Source: Macrostomum lignano
Lineage: Eukaryota
DNA: 64,000 nucleotides
Assembly (NCBI GenBank): GCA_002269645.1
Contig: NIVC01000671.1
Coordinates: forward strand, 248,001 to 312,000
Reading direction: 5' to 3'
Shown in pieces: positions 46,982 to 59,900 of this stretch. Each line of letters begins with the position of its first letter. The stretch's first letter is position 1. The translations under genes and the position numbers were made by a program. The notes below the pieces were generated by a model that did no database searches, was not told where the DNA came from, and was given only the letters and a program-made list of their open reading frames with translations.

Positions 46982-47188
46982 TTTAGCTTAATTCTGTGTG
47001 TGCCTATGCTAAAGCTAAGCCTAAGATGAATAAAATATGTCAAAAAGGGCTTTGCTATAAGTTAAGGCCTTACAGTGTTTTAAAATAAGAAACAAGCTAA
47101 TATATTTAAAGTAGCAATCTTTAGTTAGGTTTTTTTGTGCTATAAAATTATGACTAAGACTGCCACAGAGTCAGACCAAATTGGCAAT

Positions 47189-47764
47189 GGTAATGGCTAG
47201 AGTTCCGGCACCGGAACCTGTTTTCTAACGGCTATGGATCCAGTAGTGCTATTATAATACAGTTGAAACATTATGTTTTTCTTTCTACAGGTGGCTGATG
47301 TTGAGATTTTGTTCTAGATAAGATTTACAACGATATGATAAAATTCGAAACGAGATGCTTCTGATGTTCAGACTTCTAAAGATATGTTCTTGTCGTTTTT
47401 TATATGCTTCTATAAGGCACTGCTGGATCCATAGCCATTAGAAAACGGGTTCCAGTGCCGGAACTCTAGCCATTGCCAATTACAATGGCTCTGGCACTGG
47501 AACCCATTTTCCAACGGCTATGGATCCGGCAGTGCCATTATAATATAGATGGAACATTATATTTTTCTTTCTATAGGTGGCTGATATTGAGATTTGGTTC
47601 TAGATTAAAGTTTAAGACAATATAATAAGATTCAAGACGAGATGCTTTTAATATTCAGACTTCTTAAGATATGTTCTTAGCAGTCTTTATATGCTTCTAT
47701 ATGGCATTGCCGGATCCTTAGCTATTAGAAAATGGGTTCTGGTGCCGGAACTCTAGCCATTACC
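47189..47764. mobile_element. Head-to-tail dimer of an ~285-bp MITE (47189-47477, ~47482-47764)
   Basis: Each copy has ggtaatggctagagttccggcac...-type TIRs and colinear interiors. Confidence 0.8.
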
Positions 47765-49578
47765 CATCAAGACTGCCACACCATAGCTATTACTAACTAC
47801 TGATATTGAGGGGAGCTACCAATCTTCTAGCATTGCTATTCCTCTCGTAAGTTCCTCTCATAGCCTTGTCTTATTGGCTCTCCTACCCACTCATCTCCTC
47901 TAGCACAATCCAATAACACATTGAGCCAAATTCTTCCCCTAGCTCTGCCAAGTATGACAGTTTTAATGTGACAGTTTTGGTCCAGATGTACACTAATTCA
48001 GTAACAAACAAATTCGGCAACAAAAATTTAATATAGACATTGACAAATTCTGCAAATGCAAATTTGGCAACAAAAATGAGGCAAATTTGGCGACAGATCT
48101 TTTCATAGCTAAAGACAAATTAAACCAAATTAGCTAATACATGTATACATGGCTTTCTTAAAATGCTTGTAAAAGTTTATTAATGTGAAGTAATCTACAA
48201 AAGTGTATTAAAATAACCAAAAGTGTCATTTGTCATTTTTCTTTGCATGGTGTATTTTTGCAAATCCCTTTCCCCAACATTATAACCAATAGAAAGACCT
48301 TATTAGGCATACAAAAAATAAGTTTCTTGTTTTTTTACAAGTCATTTTTTGCTTACAAGACCATCTAACCTAAAATTAATAAATATTTTTTAGAAAAAAA
48401 AACTTTTAGAATTAAAAGGATAAATGATAGATAAAACAAACTCAATTAAAAGGGAAAGCTAATATGCCTTGAAAAATACCATTGTACTACAAGACATTAT
48501 ACATATTTTTGCCTTGGGCACATTTATTTCAAATAGCTTCGGCTATAAAACGGCGTGGCATATACAATTGTCTTTCCTTTATTAATTATTAATATTAATT
48601 AGTTGTTTTTTGTTCAGTGACTAGACAAATAGTGACATGGTTATTTGTCCAGTTATTGAATAATAGCTATGTTTCCCTATTCATCCGGGTAATATTGCAA
48701 AAATAGGCATTTTGTTATTTGTCTAGTAAAATTAATAATGCTTAAATATCTATTTTACAAAAACTACAAGGGTGAATATTCTTGGACTTCATAGACTTCT
48801 TACTTGTATCTTTATTATGTTGTTATACAAGGGATGTCTTATACAAATAATGCATAGAAAAGGTACACTAGTATACAAAATATTAATCAAATCAAGAAAT
48901 ATAATGGGTATGATACGATTACGAATATAATGAGAAAAAAATACAAATATGTGAAAAGGTCTTAAAATCTAGAATATTTATCACTAAACATATAGATACT
49001 TGTATTAGCAATTTAACTGGACAAATAGCAAAAAGGCTATTTGTCTGGTCACCAGATAAATAGCAACTGCCTTGAATTTATTATATTAACTAATGATAGC
49101 CACAATCAAGTCTATAATCTGAATCATAGTAGTGTGTTGTGCATGCAAAAATTTGGGAATGCATTGGCCTTGCATGCCAAAAGTAGGCATGCACAATTGG
49201 CATGCATCACTCCTAAGAAAAAAGTGCACATATACACCTAGCATGCACTTTATATAATCATGTGGATGAGTTATTATAAAATAGATAAAAGATAAAAAAG
49301 TTCATTTTCAAGTATAAATTCCAAGTTATTTGGAAAAACATTATAAAATGAACAGTTGTCAAGTACTATTTGTTTAATTGTTTTGCTTTTATAAAGTTAA
49401 TCCTTAAGTTATAAGAAAACTACTTTTAAGTGACTTTAGCCAAGAGCAAAATTAAGGCAAGTAAACACTACTTCTAAACTTCAAAACTTGTTATCATATA
49501 TTTGAATTTAATACTAGAAAGCTGCCAAAAGTCTATGGCCAAAGTATTTTGTTTTTATTGAATATAAACATACAAAAC

Positions 49579-49670
49579 AGAATTTGGCTATTCCTACACA
49601 GACTAGAATTGTCTAAGCTACTACTAAAAGGATCATAGACACATTTGACAATCACTAAGATAGTATTACT
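49579..49670 (+). pseudogene. Decayed 92-bp copy of vigilin exon 1 (53898-53989)
   Basis: Ungapped alignment with 77/92 identities; ATG mutated to ATA. Confidence 0.88.
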
Positions 49671-50913
49671 TTTTGTTTAATTTTGTTAAAATAGTTAAAT
49701 AAAATGTGTACATATCTAACAAATAAATGTTTTATATATTTATGCTTATTATTCTAGGTGATTATAAACTATAATGATGTAGAAAAAATGCATCATGTCA
49801 TATATAATAATATTATATTTTCTACTTATTATGACATAAGACACTAATTTAAGTTAGGGTCTGTAATAGATCTATAACATAATCTTTGAAAAGCATTACT
49901 TAGATAAGTTCTACCTTTTAGTCAGTAATTTTATGTTTATAGTAAAAATATTTTAGTCCTAATGGCTAAAATGCAATAAACATATTTCATCTTACATATC
50001 TATATTTTTAAACAAATTCTTCTTGCAATAAATCTTCTATTTGAAATTGTCATAATGATTTTTTACCATTTTAGACATAATGCTTTGCATATCAAACTAT
50101 TTAAAAGCATAAAATTGCTTTTTGGTTAAAGTAAAAAATTTTCATTTTTAGTATATGATGTTACAATTTAATGCTACTATTGTACTTAGTGCCATGGAGG
50201 TATAAAATAGATTTTTTAAATATTTGCTATAAGGTATATTGAAATATATCTAAGTATTTAATTTTTAATATGAAATATTATATACAAATGTTTTGTATAT
50301 ATTTTCTTTATTGTTACTTTTTTAAAATGTTCATACACTTATGATTCATATTGTCTAACAATTTATCAAATTATCATGAATATTATTAGATTATAGTCAT
50401 ATATGCGCAACCTCCAAAATTCAGTCAGCTGTGCAACTTAGTTTAAGCAAAAAATGCAATATAGTTTTTGGCCAAATATGTAAAAAACCCTAAAGCAAAA
50501 TTAATACAATTTTGGGTAAATGGCAAGAGTAACTATGATTGTCTTATTAAGCCAAAATGCCTCATTATCTACTTAGTACTACTTGGGTATTTATTTGGGT
50601 GGGCATTTTTGCAAATTACCTTGGTTGGCTGCCAAATCAGTCAGCCAGATTGGCTAACTGTTGCGCATGTGTGATCATAGTCCTTTGGTCTTATATATGG
50701 CAAAATAACACTATAAAAATAAAAAATCACAAAAGTGGTCATAACTTATTTATTTTACTAGACTAATTTTTATTAATCTTAATTTTTTTAAAAACCTCTC
50801 AAATAAATCTATGCTATGAAATGCAAATAGTTACAATTTTTTTAATTTAAGGAATCTCATTAAAAACCTTACCATAGAAATTGCTTAAAACATTGTTACT
50901 ACATCATTTCTTT

Positions 50914-51756
50914 GGAGGAGTATCCAAAAATTAGTGATACTTTTAACTGTAGCTCTTGTTCTATAGCTTCCTGTGAACAAGAAAACAAAAGTTATACCCA
51001 CAAAAGTAACAGCACAGAAGTCAACTTCTGTACTCATTCATTAAGAAGGCATCAATAAATGTCCTGTTTAAGCAATACCAAAGCACAATTGCAAAATGAT
51101 GCTCACTGTGACTGACTGAAATTTGTCTATGGACAGGATCATATGCAGAAAAATAAAGCATTAAATTCATTACTTTACTTGCAAACAGAGGAGCTTGCAT
51201 TTTGCGATTCGTTCATGATTTCATTGCCTATACTTGACAACACACATGGATGTGCACTCAGTTGTTGCTCAGCAAAGTGCCATCTTCATTCTTTGGGGCG
51301 CTGGCCATAGTGCCTCAGAAATTCATGCAAAACTTTGCTCTGCACATGGATCCTTTGTGGTCAGCAAAATGACAGATCAATCAGATGGGCAGATCAGCAT
51401 CAGCCATACGTTCATCAACCTAATGTACTGGCAGACTCCATTCTGGATCTTCTTGACAAGGACTCCCAAATTACCATTAGAGAGATTGCTGACAAGTTGG
51501 ACAAGCTGAAATCAACCATTCATCATAGCTTACTTGGCATGGATCTCATGAAGCTTAGCCTATAATTTGTAACTCAATGGTACAGGTACTGCTACTTTCA
51601 TGGGTATAACTTTCGTTCTCTGGTATCAATTTTAAAAATTCAAAAAGCAGTCTGTAGAAAAGATTTGCCACTATCAGTTCATAAAATTTTTAATCATAGG
51701 AAGCTATAAAACAAGAGCTACGGTTAAAAGTATCACTACTTTTTGGACACCCCTTG
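50914..51756 (+). mobile_element. Internally deleted Tc1/mariner element
   Basis: ~55-bp TIRs (right end reverse complement tacaaggggtgtccaaaaagtagtgatac) ending at TA. HTH remnants IFILWGAGHSASEIHAKLCSAHG and DSQITIREIADKLD.KSTIHH. Confidence 0.85.
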
Positions 51757-51805
51757 TATATAGTGGTACACAGCAAAATTGAATAAAAAAGTTTGTATCA
51801 CACTG

Positions 51806-52395
51806 TAGAGCTCAAATGGGAGCAGAATTTTTGGGATCGGGTGGGATTGGGATTGAAAATAATTTCGGGATTTGGGATTAGTATTCGGGATTCTGGAATC
51901 CGGGATCTGGGAATATATTACTTACTAACTAATGAATCAAGGATTCAAGGATAGTTTTATCTGACTATCTATGCTATTCAGCCTTGATCGCACAAAAGGC
52001 AACTGTTCCGCATTAATGTAATATTGAATTGCATTAGTTATACTGCTTTTTTCTTGTAAAATTCTGTTTCTAGAATTTCTTCATGAAAAGCCTCATAATC
52101 GTTAGTTTGTTATTTACGAGTACAACTCTTTACAAACCTGTTACTAAGTAAAAATCTGCTGCTTTATTTGGTGAATTCAAGGTCAAACTTTCAACATATT
52201 TATAGTTGCTGTTACAAAAATTAGCTTAGTATTGATTACTGCTCTTGATTGTTGAAAGCATCATCTTCATTATCAATCTATTGTGCTCCTGAATCCCGAG
52301 TTCTCTAAGCCTTCGGGATCCCAATCCTGAATTCCCGAAAAATCTTTGGGATCCCGAGAATTCAAGATCGAGATTGGGATCCCATTCGAGCTCTA
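51806..52395. mobile_element. MITE (590 bp) with gggat/atccc subterminal repeats
   Basis: TIRs tagagctcaaatggga / tcccattcgagctcta; flanks tatcacactg / tatcacagtg form a 9/10 direct repeat. Confidence 0.78.
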
Positions 52396-52647
52396 TATCA
52401 CAGTGGTATACCCAAGCCAAAGTGTGTTATCAAAATATACAAAGCATGAATTGCATTTTTGTATATTATAATATTTTAAACCAAGAATTGATAAATATGC
52501 CAATGATAGCATATTTAAGTAAGTAAAACATAAAATCTGAAATTGCATTTTCTAAAACTTTTGAATTGATTCTAATTTGATGATTTTGAAGGTGATTTAG
52601 ACTAAAGAGAGTTTTTAATTTTAAATGCATAATAAACATGCTTGGGC

Positions 52648-52800
52648 ACAACTTAGAGATTTACTTAGCCATTTCTATTGGCAACACACATGTAAGTTGC
52701 TATTGGAAGGAATAGTAGTCAGATGATTGCTCTCAGCCAATAGCAACTTACATGTGTGTGTTGCCAATAGAAATGGCCAAGTGATTCCCAAGGTTGCGCA
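52648..52800. repeat. Short palindromic (hairpin) MITE-like element
   Basis: gccatttctattggcaacacacatgtaagttgctattgg versus ccaatagcaacttacatgtgtgtgttgccaatagaaatggc. Confidence 0.8.
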
Positions 52801-53953
52801 TGTATGATAATAAAGGTATAGATATTGATTTATTATTTTAAATCAGTTGCCTATATTTTATTAGATTTAATATTAATGCCATTATAGCTATAGAAAACAT
52901 AATATAGTCATAAAATTGTCAATAATGAATATATTTGTACAGAAATTTATAATTAGCTTTGTGCATAGCACATTAAAAATATGCTAAAATATATCCTTGT
53001 GCAAAGCCAAAGGTTTTAGAAATAGAGATACTATACAAAATATAAATAAATCATCACTTGACTGAAAAACTGATGTTATTATTTAAATAAATTTGTTAAT
53101 TATAAAATTATTTAAAGTGCAATAGATGTTTAATTTTTTCTATTTATTTGTTCTCCATAGTCTTATTCTTACTATATTATTTAGTTATTTTATTTACTAT
53201 AAGTCATATTCTTATAGTGTCATAAGAGGAAAAACTAAATTGGGAAGTTGGTAGATAAAAATAAAAAGCTATACAAATTATTTGAAATATTAAAAAGGGA
53301 CATGGGTAAGCATTTTAAGATATAATATTTTTGAATTATGTAAATATTGTATTGGGTATTAGTCATATAAGGTGAAACATCATAACATGTTAGATATAAT
53401 AACATATTAGATGTAAAATATTGGATCATGTTTGTGTTTTAATTTTTTTAATAAGAAAAATGTTTAATAGTAATCTATAAAAACTGTAACTAACTATACA
53501 TTGTTTTTGTTATAGAGTTACATTTGTTGTGTAAGATATATCTTTAAGTTATCATGGGTATTCATAATTTATTGTATCTGGCCATAATTCTTCTACCCCT
53601 ATCATATCTTTAGGTTTTAGCACTTATTTTAGGCTTTGTTTATGTGTTTAAGTCATGGTTCGTATTGGTTATCATAAGGAAAACATGTTAGTAGAAATTA
53701 CAAGAACAATATTAAATTCTTAGCAGTGATTCGCTATGCATTATGCTAAAGTTTTTGAATATCAAAATTACATTTCTGTATTGTCAAGCAGCTGTTTTTT
53801 AAACGAGTCCAGTGCCTATAATTTATATATCGCCTTTACACACACAAGCAGAAGTTTGTACTATTGCACACCTGATTTATTATTTTAGGAAGAAAAGAGA
53901 ATTTGGCTACTCCTACACAGACTGGAATTGTCTCGACCACTGCTAATAGGATC

Positions 53954-56900
53954 ATGGACACATTGGACAATCACCTGGATGGCATTACTGCCAGCGCTAG
54001 CGTGCAGCTTTACTCGGAGGCTTTCCCTCCTCTGGCGACTGGATCGTCAACTGAGCTGAATGGCAACCATTGGCCTAAGGCGCCCTCTAAGATTGCCCCT
54101 ATTAAAACTTCGGTAACCACCCAGGTAAAGCTGTTGGTAAATTCTTGGTTTTTTAAAACTTAAAGAAGTTAAAGTCTTATATGAGCCTAAAATATTTGCT
54201 TTCATAATTATATTCTTGCTACCAGATTGTTGAGATTCCATTTGAGGAGCGGCGCTTCAAGGATACGCAGAACGAGTTCGGCTCGGACCAGAACAAGATC
54301 TGCGCCCAGGTGCAGCAGGAGCACGAGGTGAAGATTGAAATTTCCAACAACGCTCGGGCCCGCTCCCTCACTCTGTTGGTTACTGGCCGGTTCGATAAGG
54401 TTAGCAACGCCGTTTCCGAGTTGCGCAAGCGTCTGCAGACACAGGCTCAGGTGAGTTGTCACAGAATGGCTTATCTTGCATGCTTGCCTTCTTGATATTG
54501 TTTGCTTTGAATTTCTAGGGTTTGTACACCTATTTCTTCCTTTATTTAGACTTATCTAGCTTACCTACCCTTTCTTGTATGTGTGCTACCCTACCCTAAT
54601 CTTTCAGCTTGTGTGCTACCCTCCCCCAGTCTATCAGCAGGTGTGCTACCCTCCCCCAGTCTATCATCAGGTGTGCTACCCTTCCCCAGTCCATCAGCAG
54701 GTGTGCTATCCTCCCCAGTCTATCAACAGGTGTGCTACCCTCCCCCAGTCTATCAGCAGGTGTGCTATCCTTCCCCAGTCTATCAGCAGGTGTGCTATCC
54801 TTCCCCAGTCTATCATCAGGTGTGCTATCCTCCCCCGGTCTATCAGCAGGTGTGCTACCCTTCCCCAGTCTATCATCAGGTGTGCTATCCTCCCCCGGTC
54901 TATCAGCAGGTGTGCTACCCTTCCCCAGTCTATCCTCAGGTGTGCTACCCTTCCCCAGTCTATCAGCAGACAGCAGGTGTGCTACCCTTCCCCAGTCTAT
55001 CAGCAGGTGTGCTACCCTTCCCCAGTCTATCAGCAGGTGTGCTACCCTTCCCCAGTCTATCAGCAGGTGTGCTATCCTCCCCCGGTCTATCAGCAGGTGT
55101 GCTATCCTTCCCCAGTCTATCAGCAGGTGTGCTATCCTTCCCCAGTCTATCAGCAGGTGTGCTATCCTTCCCCAGTCTATCATCAGGTGTGCTATCCTCC
55201 CCCGGTCTATCAGCAGGTGTGCTACCCTTCCCCAGTCTATCATCAGGTGTGCTATCCTCCCCCGGTCTATCAGCAGGTGTGCTACCCTTCCCCAGTCTAT
55301 CATCAGGTGTGCTATCCTCCCCCGGTCTATCAGCAGGTGTGCTACCCTTCCCCAGTCTATCCTCAGGTGTGCTACCCTTCCCCAGTCTATCAGCAGACAG
55401 CAGGTGTGCTACCCTTCCCCAGTCTATCAGCAGGTGTGCTACCCTTCCCCAGTCTATCAGCAGGTGTGCTACCCTTCCCCAGTCTATCAGCAGGTGTGCT
55501 ACCCTTCCCCAGTCTATCAGCAGGTGTGCTACCCTTCCCCAGTCTATCAGCAGGTGTGCTACCCTTCCCCAGTCTATCATCAGGTGTGCTACCCTTCCCC
55601 AGTCTATCAGCAGGTGTGCTATCCTTCCCCAGTCTATCAGCAGGTGTGCTATCCTCCCCCGGTCTATCAGCAGGTGTGCTACCCTCCCCCAGTCTATCAT
55701 CAGGTGTGCTACCCTTCCCCAGTCCATCAGCAGGTGTGCTATCCTCCCCAGTCTATCAACAGGTGTGCTACCCTCCCCCAGTCTATCATCAGGTGTGCTA
55801 CCCTTCCCCAGTCTATCAGCAGGTGTGCTATCCTTCCCCAGTCTATCATCAGGTGTGCTATCCTCCCCAGTCTATCATCAGGTGTGCTACCCTTCCCTAG
55901 TCTATCAGCAGGTCTGCTACCCTTCCCCAGTCTATCAGCAGGTGTGCTACCCTTCCCCAGTCTATCAGCAGGTGTGCTACCCTTCCCCAGTCTATCAGCA
56001 GGTGTGCTACCCTTCCCCAGTCTATCAGCAGGTGTGCTACCCTTCCCCAGTCTATCAGCAGGTGTGCTACCCTTCCCCAGTCTATCAGCAGGTGTGCTAC
56101 CCTTCCCCAGTCTATCATCAGGTGTGCTACCCTCCCCAAGTCCATCAGCAGTCTATCAGCATATCAACATTAAACTGATCAGCAATAACTCAACCCGGTC
56201 CCTCAGTCGGAAGTGACCGTCCCCGCCGAGTTCCACCGCCACCTGATCGGCAAGCAGGGCGGCGTACTGAAAGAGATCAAACTAAAGTCTGGCTGCGAAA
56301 TTTTCATCCCGCGCGAGAACGATGCTAATCCGAACAGTATTCGCCTAATTGGACCGAAGGAGAACATTGACAAAGCCCGGCACGAGATTCTCTGCATCTA
56401 TGACGAAGTCTCCAAGAAGGCCACCGAGCGCCTCGTGATACCAAAGATTTACCATCCGTTCATTGCCGGGCCCTACAACCGTCAGCTGGAGAAGATTATG
56501 ACTGAGAACGGCGTTCGCGTCAACATACCGCCGGTGCACGCCCAGCACGATGTTGATATAATTCGCGTGTCAGGCGAGAAAGACGGCGTTGTCAATGCCT
56601 GCCGGATTATTCGCCAACTGTACCAGGACGCTTTGGAGCGCTGCCAAACGGTGAGGAGTGTTTCCTATGTTCATATGCGCACGATATACCTAGACTAGGG
56701 ATCGGCAAACTTTTTTCCTTAAGGGCCAGAGAGAGAGGCGAGGGAATAAAGTGGAGAGGATACGATAAAAAGGGAGAGATAAAATAGGAGAGGAGAGAGG
56801 AGAGAAGAGGGAAGTGGAGAAGAGAGAAGGGACACAAACCTTTGTGTCTCTTGAGACACCATCATTGCACTCAAAATTCCAATTAATTCCCGCTAGTTAG

Positions 56901-59900
56901 TCACGTTACCCGTCTGCTGCTCCATCACATCATCAATTTTGTTTTGATTCCGCATTTGACAGGTTAACATCGAGGTGTCCAAGTCGCTTCACAAATTCGT
57001 CATCGGTCCGCGTGGCGCCGGCCTTCAAGAGATCCTCGAGGCCACCGGTGTCAGCGTGGAGGTGCCGCCAGCCGAGGATCCATCAGAGACAATCGTGCTC
57101 CGCGGCGAGGGCACCAAGCTAGGCGTTGCTCTGACCAAGGTGTACGAGAAGGCCGACTCCTACGCTACCTGCACCGTACTGGCGCCAACTTGGATGCACC
57201 GGCATCTCATTGGTCCCGGCGGCGAGAATCTGCAAAAAGTTGTCGGTCTGCCTACGCACAAAGCCCAGATTAACTTCCTGCGCGGCGAGGACAAGATCGA
57301 GATTGACGGGCCTAAAGAGCAGGTGAGGCTTTTCAGAAAATCAGACCCCTGATTTACACCGGCCGTGCGACTTGCTTTTTGACCACAAATTTGACACCTT
57401 GACCACAAAACGGCGGGTGTAACTATTACCCGTAATAAGGCTAAATGCCTCGTCATCTAATTAGTACTACTTTTATTTTCGTGTGGCCATTTTTGCGACT
57501 TACCTTGGCTGGACCCCTCGCAAGCTGGCTGTATCGGCCGGGTATTGCGCATGTATGCAACCAAATATTCTTGTTTTTCAACAATTTATTGTAACTAATA
57601 AAATATAAAAATCCTGATTCCTCTCCTAAACAAATTTCCCAGGTTGTTGTAATTCACAAGAACCTCAAAGCCTGGGTGGACGACTACGTGAAGCGCAACA
57701 CCATGGTTGAAGTGGCCGTGCCGCGCGAGTTTCATCGCCATATTATTGGCAAGAGCGGCGGCACAGTCAATAAAATTCGCGAGACCACCGGCTGCACCGT
57801 TCGAGTGCCGGCCGACATCGACGGCGAGGACGTTGTCCGAATTGAGGGCGAGCGCGACAAGGTGAACCTGGCTCGCGAGGAGCTGATGCAGATTGTCAAC
57901 AAGCAGGCCAACGAGCGCTCCAAGGATCTCATCATTGAGCACCAGTTCCATCGGGCCCTCATCGGCCAGGGCGGCGCCAAGATTGCCGAGATTCGCGACA
58001 AGTACCCGGACGTGCTGATCAAATTCCCCAACGCCGATCAGAATAGCGATGTTGTCCAGCTGCGCGGCCCGCGCGACCAGCTCGCTAACGTTGAGAAACT
58101 GTTAAAGAAAGCGCACACCGATTTGAGGGACTCCAGCTACGAGGAGAAGGTTCGAATTGGCAAGGCCTATCACAAGGACATTATTGGTCGCAAAGGCCAG
58201 ACTATCGCTAAAATACGCGAGGAGACAAACACCCGCATTATCATGCCGGACTCCGGGTCCCAATCGGATGTCATCACTGTTATCGGTAAACAAAAAGACG
58301 TGCAGAAGGCTGTCCGACAAATTAACGACATTGAGAAAGTGGCCGCTAATATTGTGGAAGAGGTACGCTTACTGTTACCTGCAACCTTTTACCTACCCTC
58401 TCCCTAATCGTATTTTTTTACCTTTGGCCCTCCTCAAGTTTCTCATTACAGCAAATTATCATCCCCTTAAAAGACTCCCCTATTCCCCTTTAAGCATCTC
58501 TCTCATTGGCCTTAACACCCCCTTGAGAGACTTCCCTATTCCCCTTTGAAAATCTCCCTCATTCACCTTATGAGACTCCCCTATTCCCCTTTAGAAATCT
58601 CCCCCATCCCCTTTAGGAATCTCCCCCATCCCCTTTAGGAATCTCCCCCATTCCCTTTAAGAATCTCCCCATCCCCTTCAAGAATCTCCCCTATCCCCTT
58701 AAAGAATCTCCCCCATCCCCCTTAAGAATCTCCCCATCCCATTTAAGAATCTCCCGTATTTCCCCTACGCCCCCTATAAATTGCACCCACAGTAATAAAT
58801 CACATGTGTGACACTCCGCAGGTCGTGGAGATTCCGGCCCGCCTGCACCAGGGCCTGATCGGCCACGGTGGCAAGCTGATCCGCCAGCTGCAGGACCAGC
58901 ACAGCGGCGTACGCGTGCACTTCCCGCCGGCCTCTCAGCCATCCGATCGCGTCACCGTGCGCGGCCCCAAAACCGAGGTGAAGAAAGCCAAGGCCGCTCT
59001 GCAGCAGCTGGCCGAGGAGCGACTGGAAGACAGTCAGGAGGCTGTGATTCACGCCAAGCCCGAGTTCCACCCGTTCCTCATCGGCCGGCAGGGCCAGAAT
59101 GCTGAGCAGCTGCGCAAGGCCACTGGCGCCAGGCTAGTATTCCCTAGCTTGGACGAGCGCGGCAAAGAGGGCGGCGATATTATCACCATTATTGGGCGCA
59201 AGGAGGCCGTTGCTAAGGCCAAGGAGATGCTCGAGAAACAGGTTGGCCCATCATTTTGTCTAATTACGAGTTGGATGTATTGAAATTGTTTTTAGTATCT
59301 TCCATTCTCAAGGGTATAAAACACTGGATAGATTATATTTTATAGAGAATTATAGAGAGCTAGGGGATGTAGCCTAGCAGGGGGTTGTGGCCTAGTGGTC
59401 AGAGCCTCGGACTCACGACTGAAAAGTCGGGGGTTCGATTCCCGATCCTACTGGAACAATTTGTGTCCTTTAGCAAGACACTTAACTCTGCATTGCTTCA
59501 GTTCACCCAGCTGTAAAATGGGTGCCCGCATTAGCTGGGGTAATTGAGGGTGTGTGGCGACCTCCCAGTCCTTGGACTGAACAGCCGTACGCAACCTTCA
59601 GATGCGCCGCGCAATACCTGCGGCTGAGCTGTCGGTTGCACATCTGGCCCATTAGGGCAGGTGTAATCAATTATTACTTTATTATTATTATTATTATTAT
59701 TATTTAGAATTTAGTGATTCTCTCTGAATCTCCCTCGGTAGACCTAATAACTAATGTACTTTGCTTTCTCCAACTAGGTGAAGGACCTGGAGAACACCAC
59801 CGAGGAATCTGTCGAGGTTGATCCCCGCTGGCACAAGGCTTTCATGGAGCGCCGCGGTTTCTACATCACCCAGATTAGTCAGGACTTTGGCGGTGTTCAG

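Noticed and set aside
54575-56216. Several 230-535 aa repeat ORFs
   Set aside because: They lie wholly within vigilin intron 2 and are translations of the 30-bp array in multiple frames.
59380-59455. tRNA gene
   Set aside because: A and B boxes are present but no clean cloverleaf; it continues into a CORE-like body and (ATT)n tail, so it is a SINE head.
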